The notes under the pieces: generated by a model
Told to the model about the DNA's origin: nothing
Databases searched by the model: none
The model's input: the letters and a program-made list of their open reading frames with translations, nothing else
Shown here: one piece after another, positions 54,390 through 64,000 of the stretch
Layout: each line of letters opens with the position of its first letter
Position numbering within the stretch: the first letter of the stretch is position 1
Source: an uncultured Chloroflexia bacterium
Lineage (GTDB): Bacteria > Chloroflexota > Anaerolineae > B4-G1 > SLSP01
DNA length: 64,000 nt
Reading direction: 5' to 3'
Assembly: GCA_963751345.1 (NCBI GenBank)
Contig: CAVVUS010000010.1
Location: 208,753 to 272,752, forward strand
Made by a program: the position numbers and the translations under genes

Positions 54390-55001
54390 ATGGTGATGTA
54401 CGAGGGTATGGACATTCATCCGACAGCCGACATTCACCCCTCGGTGCTTCTCGAGGGCAAGATCTCGATCGGTGCGTATACCCGGATTGACGCCGGGACG
54501 GTGATCAAGGGCGACGTGACGATCGGACATCACACGCTGATCCGCTGCAATGTGGTGATCCGGGGACGCAACGTGATCGGCAACTACACCCACATCTACG
54601 ATTCCGTCTGCATCGAAGGCGGGCGTCCCGCGCTGGTGGGTGGGTCGTTGGCCGAGGAGCCGGACAGCTCCATCATCGGCAGCGAGTGCTGGGTCGACCA
54701 TGGGGCCGCCATGCACGGCACGCAGATCGCCGACGGCGGGGCCGTGGGGCTGAACGCTTGCTGTGACTATAACACCCGCATCGGGGAAGGGGCGATTCTG
54801 GGCAACGGGAGTGCGACCCACGTGGGGCAGGTCATTCCCGCCAACACACTGGCACAAGGTGTACCGGCCCAGGTCGTGCGCGAGGACCTCACCGATGCAG
54901 ATCGCCAGGCCTATTTCGGCGTCCTGCCCGCCGCTTGGACCCACTACGAGGGCGACCACATCGAGGCCGATATCCGCCGCAAGCGCCAGCAAGCCGTCTG
55001 A
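54390..55001 (+). CDS. Hexapeptide-repeat (gamma carbonic anhydrase-like) protein
   Basis: IHPTA, left-handed beta-helix repeats and GVPA. Confidence 0.8.
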   Translation: MVMYEGMDIHPTADIHPSVLLEGKISIGAYTRIDAGTVIKGDVTIGHHTLIRCNVVIRGRNVIGNYTHIYDSVCIEGGRPALVGGSLAEEPDSSIIGSECWVDHGAAMHGTQIADGGAVGLNACCDYNTRIGEGAILGNGSATHVGQVIPANTLAQGVPAQVVREDLTDADRQAYFGVLPAAWTHYEGDHIEADIRRKRQQAV

Positions 55002-55104
55002 GCTAATCGTGGTGCCAGAGAGACTTTCGGGGTTTTCTTGTAGAGCGAGCGCCTGCTCATAAGGAAACCCAAAGGTCTTCGGACTCACGCAAGCGGAGGC
55101 AACC

Positions 55105-55917
55105 ATGCAATGGGAGAATCTGACCTCGTTGGATTTCGCGAAGGCGGTCGTGGAATGCGAGGGTGTGGGCGTCCTGCCCATCGGGGTGATCGAGCCGCAC
55201 GGCCCGCACCTGCCCCTCGGCACGGATATGTTCGAGTCGCACACCGTCGCCTGCCGGGCGGCGGAGCTGGAGCCCGCCATCGTCTTCCCCGCCTACCCCT
55301 ACGGCATCAACCACGAATCGGCGCACCTTCCCGGGTCCGTGGTCTTCCGGCGCGATCTGGTTTTGGCCTTGCTGGAGAACGTCTGCGACGAGATGGCCCG
55401 CCAGGGCCTCATCAAGATCGTCATCCTCAGCGGTCACGGGGGGAACCGGCACCTTCTGCCGCTCTTCGTGCAGACGCTCGTCGAGAAGGACAAGGCCTAC
55501 ACCGTCTACGACGCGCACCCCGCCGAGATGCCGGGGATCGACGACCTGCTGGAAACGACCGAGACCGGTCACGCCTGCGAGATGGAGACGAGCACCGCTC
55601 TCCACCTGCACCCCGACCTGGTCAAGATGGATCAGGTGCCGCCGAAGCCCTTCACGAACCTACGGCGCAACGAGGCGCTCCGCGAGGTTGGGGTCTACTC
55701 TCCGCTCGACTGGTACGCGATGTACCCGGCGATGTACGTGGGGAATCCCGGCAAAGCCACCGCCGAGAAGGGCGAGGCGATGATTGCACATAAGGTTCGG
55801 GCCTTTGCCGAGATCATCCGCCGGATCAAGGCCGATACCGTCACGCCCGCGCTCCAACGCGAGTTTCTGAACCGCAAAGCACGCCCATCTGCGCCCGCGG
55901 TGTGGACGGAGGAATGA
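55105..55917 (+). CDS. Creatininase family amidohydrolase
   Basis: EPHGPHLPLGTD, GHGGN and GHACEMETS motifs. Confidence 0.92.
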   Translation: MQWENLTSLDFAKAVVECEGVGVLPIGVIEPHGPHLPLGTDMFESHTVACRAAELEPAIVFPAYPYGINHESAHLPGSVVFRRDLVLALLENVCDEMARQGLIKIVILSGHGGNRHLLPLFVQTLVEKDKAYTVYDAHPAEMPGIDDLLETTETGHACEMETSTALHLHPDLVKMDQVPPKPFTNLRRNEALREVGVYSPLDWYAMYPAMYVGNPGKATAEKGEAMIAHKVRAFAEIIRRIKADTVTPALQREFLNRKARPSAPAVWTEE

Positions 55918-56343
55918 AGAAGAGAGAATGAAGAATCGGCGAATAGGCGGCAACGTGTGTCACTTAATCGCTCCATGATCGATCTGACTTCTTGGTGCAA
56001 GATCAGGAGAGCTCTTTGGGAAAGACCCATCGTGTTTCCGTTCCAGGCGGATCTGTGATCCGCCGTCTGTCCGGAGACTCGGCGGATTACGTTCCAGGCT
56101 GCTCGAGCTAGATCCGCCTGGAACATGCGCCTCGGGTGTGGCATATATCCGGCAGATCATGCAGTTGGTGTTGTTCGGCTCGAATAAGTGATTCGACCGG
56201 AGTCTTAGGTGATTCCGGAGTTTGGTGCTCCCCTCCCGTACTTTGACGCCCTGCAATAACTCCATATACTCTCCCTGAGATCAGCAAACACGGCTACTTG
56301 ACTGCCTTTCTCGACGTCGCTACTGCGGATCGGAGAAGGTCCC

Positions 56344-57144
56344 GTGACTGTTATTCGAACTGGGATCTACAACTGCAGCATCAGCCAATTGCGCGCTCGA
56401 CTGGAGCGCATCTGGCACCGCCTGGGAATGGGGGGCTGGATATCCGGTGATGGTAAACGTCTGGTCTTTGGCAAGTATCCTTACACGTCAATCTCCTACG
56501 ATCCTATCCCCGCCGGCCCTGAGTATCCGAGCGCCCCGATTGGTGTGTACAGACGATCTGGGGAACTGCGTGATGAGGAAAAGCAATTTCTCTCCACGCG
56601 CCCGACGACGCGGGCAAGTTGGGAGGTTGTGCCCTGGCGAACTGTGACGATGCGTCCGCGGTGGGATCCAGGGAAAGGGCGCACCATCGCCGGCATCGAG
56701 ACCTACGAGGAAGCGGATCGGGAGACCAGAGTCGAGTTCCTCGATGGCAATAGCCCCCAAGAGCCCCTGGCAACGTACGGCCAAATCGGTCAGCCTTTTG
56801 AGGAATTCGTGACGATGCTGGTCGATGAAACGCGGGAACCGGACGGTGCTGTTGAACTCGGTGAGGCTGCGAGAGAGGAAATGCCCCTCTCGTTCTCGGG
56901 AGGCGCGCAGGAGCAACAGCCGCCTGTCGTCGGCGCCTGGGACACTGCCACGGTTCGATCGCTGCTGATGGCCTCGCTCGACGATGTGGCGCTTGACGCG
57001 CTCTGCCTGGACCACTTTCCCGAGGTCTACGATACCTTCGGGCGCGGCATGCGGCGCGACGAGAAGGTGAATCTGCTGCTGGACTACTGCCGCCATCGGC
57101 CCGAGGAAGATGCGCGGCTTTCCAGTCTTCTTCGGTTCCCTTAA
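56344..57144 (+). CDS. Hypothetical protein with C-terminal effector-associated (Death-like) domain
   Basis: VRSLL....DD..L..LC.DHFP.VY..F..GM....KV..LLDYC pattern. Confidence 0.55.
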   Translation: MTVIRTGIYNCSISQLRARLERIWHRLGMGGWISGDGKRLVFGKYPYTSISYDPIPAGPEYPSAPIGVYRRSGELRDEEKQFLSTRPTTRASWEVVPWRTVTMRPRWDPGKGRTIAGIETYEEADRETRVEFLDGNSPQEPLATYGQIGQPFEEFVTMLVDETREPDGAVELGEAAREEMPLSFSGGAQEQQPPVVGAWDTATVRSLLMASLDDVALDALCLDHFPEVYDTFGRGMRRDEKVNLLLDYCRHRPEEDARLSSLLRFP

Positions 57145-57259
57145 GTGCCTCTGGTTCGTGCTACCAGACAGAGGGCGCACCGATGCTGCCGGCGGTATAA
57201 TGGGAGCTGGAAAGCTGGTTGATCCGGAGATGGGTTGTGCTCGAGAGTGAGGTGAGATA

Positions 57260-57505
57260 ATGGGACGTATCCGTTGGCAGGAGCATATAGCGATGGCGCC
57301 TGATCTTCATCACGGTGACCCGTGCATCAAAGGTACACGGATTCCGGTTGCCATAGTCGTGGGAAGTCTGGCGGACGGCCTCACGCCTGCCGAGATCATC
57401 GACCAGTACCCACGACTCACCCACGAGGACATACAGGCAGCGCTGGCCTACGCGGCCGAGATGGTGAGTCAGGATGTCTTGATGCCACTGCAAGCCCAGG
57501 ACTGA
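57260..57505 (+). CDS. DUF433 antitoxin
   Basis: HGDPCIKGTRIPV...YP.L..EDI.AAL.YA. Confidence 0.92.
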   Translation: MGRIRWQEHIAMAPDLHHGDPCIKGTRIPVAIVVGSLADGLTPAEIIDQYPRLTHEDIQAALAYAAEMVSQDVLMPLQAQD

Positions 57506-57507
57506 CG

Positions 57508-57864
57508 ATGCGTATCAAGGTAGATGAAGACCTACCGCGTGCTGTGGTCGGATTACTGGTTGCGCGAGGCTACGATGCAGCCAGCGTCGTGGATCAAGGT
57601 ATGGGAGGGTGGCCTGATGCGGCGCTCTGGAACGCTGTGCAGCAAGAGAGGAGGTATCTCATCACGGCCGACAAGGGCTTTGGCGATATCCGTAGGTATG
57701 CGCCGGGAACACATATAGGAGTACTGCTCTTGCGGCCGAATGAGGATGGCATCCGTCCTCTACTCGATCTCTTGAGTCGTGCTTTGGATCAGTATAATCT
57801 CAATGATCTAAGTTCTACGGTTACGGTTGTGACCCCTCGTACAGTACGGGTACGGCGTCCTTGA
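57508..57864 (+). CDS. DUF5615 PIN-like toxin
   Basis: IKVDEDLP, D..LW and LITADKGFG; directly follows DUF433. Confidence 0.88.
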   Translation: MRIKVDEDLPRAVVGLLVARGYDAASVVDQGMGGWPDAALWNAVQQERRYLITADKGFGDIRRYAPGTHIGVLLLRPNEDGIRPLLDLLSRALDQYNLNDLSSTVTVVTPRTVRVRRP

Positions 57865-57914
57865 GTCCAGCTTCCGCCGGTCAGACGCTGACCCGCTAGA
57901 CCGCAAACTGGCCG

Positions 57915-58853
57915 TTACTCCTCCTCGTCATCCTCCCCATCGCCGAAGAGGTTGCCCAGCGCCTTGCCCCATACGTCGCTAAGCGGCGGGACGAAGGGAT
58001 GGGCGTTGAACTCGTCTGCCACTTCCTCCATATACGCCCGGACGTCGAGGTCGGGCATCTGCTCGTCCAACTCCTCGATCTTGCCGTCCATCGAGACCAT
58101 CAACTCGTAGCTCTGGTCCTCCAGTTCGGAGAGATCGATCTCCAGGTTGAACATATGGTTGAGCCGGCGCATCACGTCGTACCACGCCTTGAAGTCGTGC
58201 TCGATGCTGATGGCCTGGACCATCTCGGAGACCCCGGTGAAGTTGTACGCCGGGACGAACGCATAGAAGACAAAGAACTCGATGTTGTGGGCCTCGGCGC
58301 CGTCAACGAGATAGGTGCCGATGGTCGTGCCGCCCTCGTAGTCGGAGAAGCGCACGGCATAGCGGCTCAGTTCGTCCTTCATGCCCGGCAGGCTGTAGAC
58401 GCACGAGACTTCGCGGTCCTGATCGTAGGGAATCGCGCCGTAGACGCCCCCGACGGCGCTGACGCGCTGCACACCCAGCATCTCGACGGCGTTCAGGAGC
58501 GCCTCGGTGTAGCGGTCGACCCGCATATGCGGTTCCTCACCCAGGAAGATGACCAGCCCCTTTTCGTCGTCGCCGGTGTAGTAGATCTCGTTCTGGGGCT
58601 TCTTCAGTGATTTCCGGTAGCCGTCCTCGAGCTGGATCTCGGGCCGCAGGAAGTGGTGGGCACCCGGCAACTGGAAGAGATAGAATCCATCGTCCTTGAT
58701 CTCACCGATCTTCCGGGCATCTGTTTTGTGGATCAGGTAGAGCGGCAGCCCCGAAGAGATCGCGCCGGCGTCGGCCCATTGGTGCCAGCCTGCGATCATC
58801 GTGATCTCTTTGGCCTTAGGTGTTTCCCACAAAGTCACTAACTCGTCGTTCAT
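57915..58853 (-). CDS. PAC2 (proteasome assembly chaperone) family protein
   Basis: AGW.QWADAG, GEEP, GG....PY and IDLSEL motifs. Confidence 0.8.
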   Translation of the reverse strand: MNDELVTLWETPKAKEITMIAGWHQWADAGAISSGLPLYLIHKTDARKIGEIKDDGFYLFQLPGAHHFLRPEIQLEDGYRKSLKKPQNEIYYTGDDEKGLVIFLGEEPHMRVDRYTEALLNAVEMLGVQRVSAVGGVYGAIPYDQDREVSCVYSLPGMKDELSRYAVRFSDYEGGTTIGTYLVDGAEAHNIEFFVFYAFVPAYNFTGVSEMVQAISIEHDFKAWYDVMRRLNHMFNLEIDLSELEDQSYELMVSMDGKIEELDEQMPDLDVRAYMEEVADEFNAHPFVPPLSDVWGKALGNLFGDGEDDEEE

Positions 58854-59012
58854 GCTCAGGTCCCTCGATGGCGCGTGTTATCTGTGATAGGCTATCCCGC
58901 GCCGATTCCTCACATTATACAGTAAATGACGCGGGTGTCCCCCTTACGGCGCAGCATATCTTCCGGGAAGCCGGGCACCGAATTGTAGCGTCGGCTCATG
59001 CTCTTCGCCTCA

Positions 59013-59998
59013 CTACAGCGCCGCGATCGTGACATCCTCACTTGGCGCAACGGCGATGGAGTTCCTCAGTGGGCGCCCAAAGCCCTCGGCTTCGATCTCG
59101 ATCTCGTCCCCGGGTGTCAGGACGATTCCATCCGAGAAACTGAGGGTCGCGGTTCCGAAGAAGTGCGCGTGGACGTCGCCGGGCCGGCGGAACTGTCGAT
59201 ACTTGAAGTGGTGGGCCTCCAGGTTGGCGATAGTGTGCGACATGTTCTGCTCGCCACTCAGGAAGGTGCGCTGCCAGAGCGTCCTGTCGTCCCGCAGGAT
59301 GCGCGCCGTGCCCCGGATGTCCGGCGGCAGATCCCCCAGACGCAGCTCGGGGCCGAAGGCGCACGGACGCAGTTTGGAGTGCGCGAGATAGAGATAGTTC
59401 TGTTTCTCCATCACGTGATCGGAGAACTCATCGCCCAGGGCGAAGCCGATCCGGTAAGGTTCACCCTCGGGCCCGATGATATAAAGCCCCACGATCTCCG
59501 GCTCCTCCCCGCCATCCAGCCCAAAGGCAGGGCTGAGGATGTCCCCGTACGGTGCCACGACGATGCTGCCGTCTCCCTTGTAGAACCATTCCGGCTGAAC
59601 GCCCACCTCGCCCGGTGCGGGCTTTCCTCCCTCCAGGCCCATCCGGAACATCCGCATGCTGTCGGTGAGCGCCGCGTCGGCATGCGACTTGTGCATTCGG
59701 TCGCGCGCGTCGGCGCTGCCGAGATGGGTCAGCCCGGTGCCCGTGATCAGCATATGGGCGGGGTCAGGGTGATCCAGGGGCGGGAGCACGCGCCGCTTGG
59801 CGACCAGGTCTGCGTAGTCAACGACGCCGTCGGTCAAGTGCTCAGTGAGCACTTGGGCAAACGAGCGTCGGCGCCGTATCGCCTCCAGGGCCAGCCCGTA
59901 GACCGTCTGCTCGCCCGTCAGGGCTTGGACGCTCTTGGCATCCTTGACGATGCCTACCCGCCGCGTGCCTCCGGGTCCTGGAATTGGATGATCCGCAT
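59013..59998 (-). CDS. AraD1/GguC-like FAH-family protein (frameshift near 59970)
   Basis: GTGLTHLGSA, QPEWFYKG, EEPE and YLAHSKLR motifs. Confidence 0.85.
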
Positions 59999-60150
59999 AC
60001 TCTCCTCCTACGTGGGATATCTCGGCCCGAAGGGTACCGTAGGGACCTGAAAACGCAAGCATGAGTGCGGGAAACTCCCGAATCCTATCGGCTACCTGGA
60101 AGGTTTCCGAGACCTTCGCAAGGTTGGGCTTCGCACAGTCTGCCCCGTCC

Positions 60151-61381
60151 TTACAGCCACCGGTCCGCAAACGCGAGATACTGCTCCCAGTCGTACGCGG
60201 TCACATCGTGGCCACCGGTTCTGACGTGATACCCGATCGTGCCCTGGACGGGCCGGTTGACCTCCGGCATCTCGACAGCCGGGAGCCCCTCGGTCCCCAG
60301 GAGCCGGTAGACTGGGTCGGCCGCCACGGCCGAGAGGAACTCGCCCCGTGGGTCCGCCCACAGATCCTCGACCGCGCTGGCCACGTAGACCGGTCTGGGA
60401 GCGACGAGCGCGATGAGCTCGTGCTGATCCACCGGCAGGTCGGCGACCCGGTCGTTGTACTGCTTGAAGTTCGTGCAGAACCAATGTGGGAAAGACGTGT
60501 TGATGCGCTTGACGGTCTCACCGAACTCACGCCGTGAGAGGGCCGCCCCACCGCAGCCGGAATCGTTCGAGATGACCATCGCAAACCGCGGGTCCGCCGC
60601 GCCCGCCCACAGGGCGGTCTTGCCAAGCCGCGAGTGGCCCATAACGGCCACGCGCGCCGCGTCTACGGCATCGTCGATCTCGAAGTAATCGAGCGCCCGG
60701 CTGAGCCCCCACGCCCAGGCGCTGATCGTGCCCCAGGCATCACCACGGCTGTCGTCGCGGGGATAGAGCCCGTGGACGCCGTTCTCGAACCCGTCGTGAA
60801 AGTCGGGATCGATGTCCCCACAGTAGATCGTGGCCAGGCCGTAGCCCCGCTTCAGGATCGTCTCGACGGGCCAGCGTGAACTGGCCATGCCCCGGGCGGC
60901 CTCGGTCGCGTGGTGATCCGCCGTGCCTTGCCGGATGAAGTCCGGCATCCAGGCCTTCGACAGCGTGATGCCGGGGTCGGGATGGATCGTGTGGTTGCCG
61001 CCGAAGTTGAGCCCCAGAAACAGTGGCACACCCTCCTGCGCCCCCGAGGGGAGGTAGACCAGGACATTGAGCTTGACGGCCGATGGATCGCTGACGAAGC
61101 GCAGCGTGACCTCCTTGCGGGTTGCCAGCCCTCCCAGCGCGCCGCCCTCAACGAGGTCACCTCGGCTGGCATCTCGCCGTCCTCGCCCAGGAGGCGAAGC
61201 TCGGCGCCTCGGGCGCGTGTCCATAGACGGTGTGCTCGAAGAGCGACAGGATCTCGCCGCGCCGCCGGGTGGTCCAATCCTCTGCCGTAGTCACCGGCGC
61301 TCCGTCCTCGAAGATGAGCGGGTCCGGCAGGGTGTAGGCGGGTACCTTCGATTCATCGTAGTTGATCACGATCTCAGACAT
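60151..61381 (-). CDS. CE15 glucuronoyl esterase-like protein (frameshift near 61180)
   Basis: [27 protein letters not shown] and [12 protein letters not shown] motifs. Confidence 0.88.
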
Positions 61382-61581
61382 ATTGCATCTCCTTGGTTCG
61401 GTGTCTTCAGATAGGTATGCGCCAGATTGCCGCTTTTGTCCAGCCGGTGCCTGGACCTGAAGCGCCGATGTCGCCCTGTCCAATTCTGTGCGAGATGCCG
61501 ATTCGATGCTATGATGGCCGCGTCCAGCCTGATATCGGTAACGACAGCTGAGCCGACGGGAGTAGGGCGTAAGGGGGCTTC

Positions 61582-63052
61582 ATGCGTGCCATTATGGTGA
61601 TGTTCGATTCGCTCAACCGGCATATGCTGCCGCCGTACGGCTGCGACTGGGTCCACGCGCCCAACTTCGAGCGGCTGGCCGAGCGGACGGTGGCTTTCGA
61701 CAACAGCTACGTGGGCAGCATGCCCTGCATGCCCTGCCGGCGCGAGTTCCACACCGGGCGCTACAACTTCCTGCACCGCAGCTGGGGGCCGCTGGAGCCC
61801 TTCGACGACTCGGTCCCCGAGATCCTGCAGGCGCACGGCGATCTACACCCATCTCGTCAGCGACCACTATCATTACTGGGAGGAGGGTGGGGCGACCTAC
61901 CACACCCGCTACACCAGTTGGGAGATCGCCCGCGGCCAGGAGGGCGACCCCTGGAAGGGCGTCGTCGCCGATCCCGAGATCCCGGAGCACGTGGGCGAGC
62001 GCGGCGACAAGATGTGGCGCCAGGACTGGGTCAACCGGACCTATATGCAGGAGGAGGCGCTCCAGCCCCAGGCCCGGACCTTCGAGATGGGCATGGAGTT
62101 CATGCGCACCAACGCCGGTGAGGACAACTGGTTCCTGCAGATCGAGACCTTCGACCCGCACGAGCCCTATTTCACCCAGCAGCACTACAAGGACCTCTAT
62201 CCTCACGACTACGACGGCCCGCACTTCGATTGGCCGCCCTATCGCGAGGTCGAGGAGACGCCGGAGCAGGTGGCGCACGTCCGCTACGAGAACGCCGCCC
62301 TCATCTCGATGTGCGACACCTACCTGGGCAAGGTGCTGGACCTGATGGACGAACTCGATATGTGGAAGGACACGCTGCTGATCGTCTGCACCGACCACGG
62401 TTTCCTGCTGGGCGAGCACGACTGGTGGGCAAAGTGTGTGCAGCCCTTCTGGAACGAGGTCGCCCGGACGCCGCTCTTCCTCTGGGACCCGCGCACCGGG
62501 CGCCAGGGCGAGCGGAGCCGGGCACTGGTCCAGAACATCGACTGGGGGCCGACGCTGCTGGAGGCCTTTGGCGTGCCGCTGACCAAGGATATGCAGGGCA
62601 TCCCTCTGACGCTGGCCCTTGCCTCGGAGGCGCCGCTCCGCGAGGGCATCCTCTTCGGTCTGCACGGCGGGCACGTCAACGTGACCGATGGGCGCTACGT
62701 CTATATGCGGGCGCCGGCGACCGACGAGAATCAGCCGCTCTACGAGTACACGCTGATGCCCACCCATATGCGCCATACCTTCGACGTCGACGAGCTCCAG
62801 GAGACGGAAATGGCGGCGCCCTTCGAGTTCACCAAGGGATGCCCGGTGATGAAGATCCCGGCCCGGGGCAGCGACAGCTGGCAGGGGATGCATCGCTTCG
62901 GCAACCTGCTCTACGATCAGCAGGCCGATCCCCAGCAGGCACATCCGCTGGATGATGCCGAGGTCGAGGCGCGCATGATCGACCTGATGGTAAGGCTGAT
63001 GCAGGCCAACGACGCACCACCCGAGCAGTTCGAACGGCTGGGGCTCGGCTGA
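61582..63052 (+). CDS. Sulfatase (frameshift near 61840)
   Basis: CMPCR, DPHEP and TDHG motifs. Confidence 0.9.
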
Positions 63053-63099
63053 GCCACGACGTGAGCATCGGTGGCGTGTGAGGGTATAGGGAGGCGGGC

Positions 63100-64000
63100 A
63101 TGGTGGGTGACGAAGAACCCGACGCGGGTACGGCGAGGGTGGGGGACGTCGATATTGTCTACGAGCGGTTCGGTGGCGCGGAGGCGCCGGCAGTGCTGCT
63201 GATCGCGGGCCTGGGTGATCAAATGGTGATGTGGCCCAGGGCTCTCTGCCTGCAGTTGGTGGCACGTGGTTTCCAGGTCATCCGCTTTGACAATCGTGAC
63301 ACGGGTTTGTCGACCAAGTTCACGCAGGCAGGTGAGCCGTCGTTGCTTCCCCTGGTGTGGGCCGCGATCAGGGGCGAGACGGTGCCGGCGCCCTATACGC
63401 TTAAGGACATGGCGGCCGACGCGGTAGGGGTGCTCGACGCGCTGAACATCCGTTCCGCACACGTCTTTGGGGCCTCGCTTGGTGGCATGATCGCTCAGGT
63501 TCTTGCCGTTTGCCATGCTGAGCGCGTCGCCACAGCCATACTGATGATGACCACGATGACCGAGCCGATCGTTGCGCTGCCCAAGGCGCGGATGCTAACG
63601 CTGATGCGGATGCCCGGGCCCGGCCGCGATGCATATGTCGGCTATATGGTCGGGATGATGCGCGCGGTGCATGGAGAGGGCTATCCTCTTGATAGCGAGA
63701 GCCTCCGCGAGGAAGCGCGGCGGCACTACGATCGTGGCGATGGATTGGATGGAATGTCGCGCCAGGAAGCTGCGATCGTCGCCTCTGCCCGCGACTTGCG
63801 GCGGAATGCTCCGCGCATCGCCGTGCCGACCCTGGTCCTCCACGGTCGTGACGACCCGCTGATACCATCGGCCCACGGCCGGCATCTGGCGGAAGTCGTG
63901 CCAAACGCCGAGCTGAAGGTCGTCGAGGGGCTCGGACACGAATTGCCCGAAGGTGTCTGGCCGGTTATCGTTGAAGCTATTGCGAACTTCGCGGCATCGG
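63100..64000 (+). CDS. Alpha/beta hydrolase (runs off window end)
   Basis: Read from the DNA: RFDNRDTGLS, GASLGG, HGRDDPL and GH motifs; absent from the ORF track because it has no stop. Confidence 0.88.
   Translation, partial: MVGDEEPDAGTARVGDVDIVYERFGGAEAPAVLLIAGLGDQMVMWPRALCLQLVARGFQVIRFDNRDTGLSTKFTQAGEPSLLPLVWAAIRGETVPAPYTLKDMAADAVGVLDALNIRSAHVFGASLGGMIAQVLAVCHAERVATAILMMTTMTEPIVALPKARMLTLMRMPGPGRDAYVGYMVGMMRAVHGEGYPLDSESLREEARRHYDRGDGLDGMSRQEAAIVASARDLRRNAPRIAVPTLVLHGRDDPLIPSAHGRHLAEVVPNAELKVVEGLGHELPEGVWPVIVEAIANFAAS

Noticed and set aside
53673-55280. Long antisense ORFs (this one, 61613-63265, 33625-34734 and others)
   Set aside because: Shadow ORFs typical of high-GC DNA, opposite well-supported genes and without recognisable motifs
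55695-56265. Minus-strand ORFs between the creatininase and EAD-like genes
   Set aside because: No recognisable motif and the frame is ambiguous, so no call can be supported

Overview
GC-rich bacterial window. Gene content points to Chloroflexota/Anaerolineae (inference from Thr/Pro-rich linkers, a C-terminal 'IYVPVVM' tail, Tat lipoprotein binding proteins, and PAC2 and DUF211 genes). About 20 single-base frameshifts break ordinary genes, including aspS, gatA and gatB, and are most likely long-read errors. In order, the window holds: tandem M42 peptidases; DUF211 behind a structured RNA; a cold-shock gene; a corrinoid methyltransferase cluster; mce; a non-discriminating aspS-gatCAB operon; a primase-like (AEP)/HEAT-repeat gene; a polysaccharide-utilisation region (GH5, LacI, family-5 ABC transporter, CE7, CE15, sulfatases); two paralogous B12-dependent radical SAM genes; GNAT-rsgA; a divergent GroEL paralogue; an EAD-like protein; and a DUF433/DUF5615 toxin-antitoxin pair. 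The top finding is an unannotated leader-peptide attenuator upstream of aspS-gatCAB: an Asn/Asp/Gln-rich 25-aa uORF, a 14-bp antiterminator helix and tandem terminators. A second element of the same design lies upstream of GNAT-rsgA. Eight well-matched sigma70-like promoters all have a 16-bp spacer. All family assignments come from motifs recognised by eye; no database searches were run.
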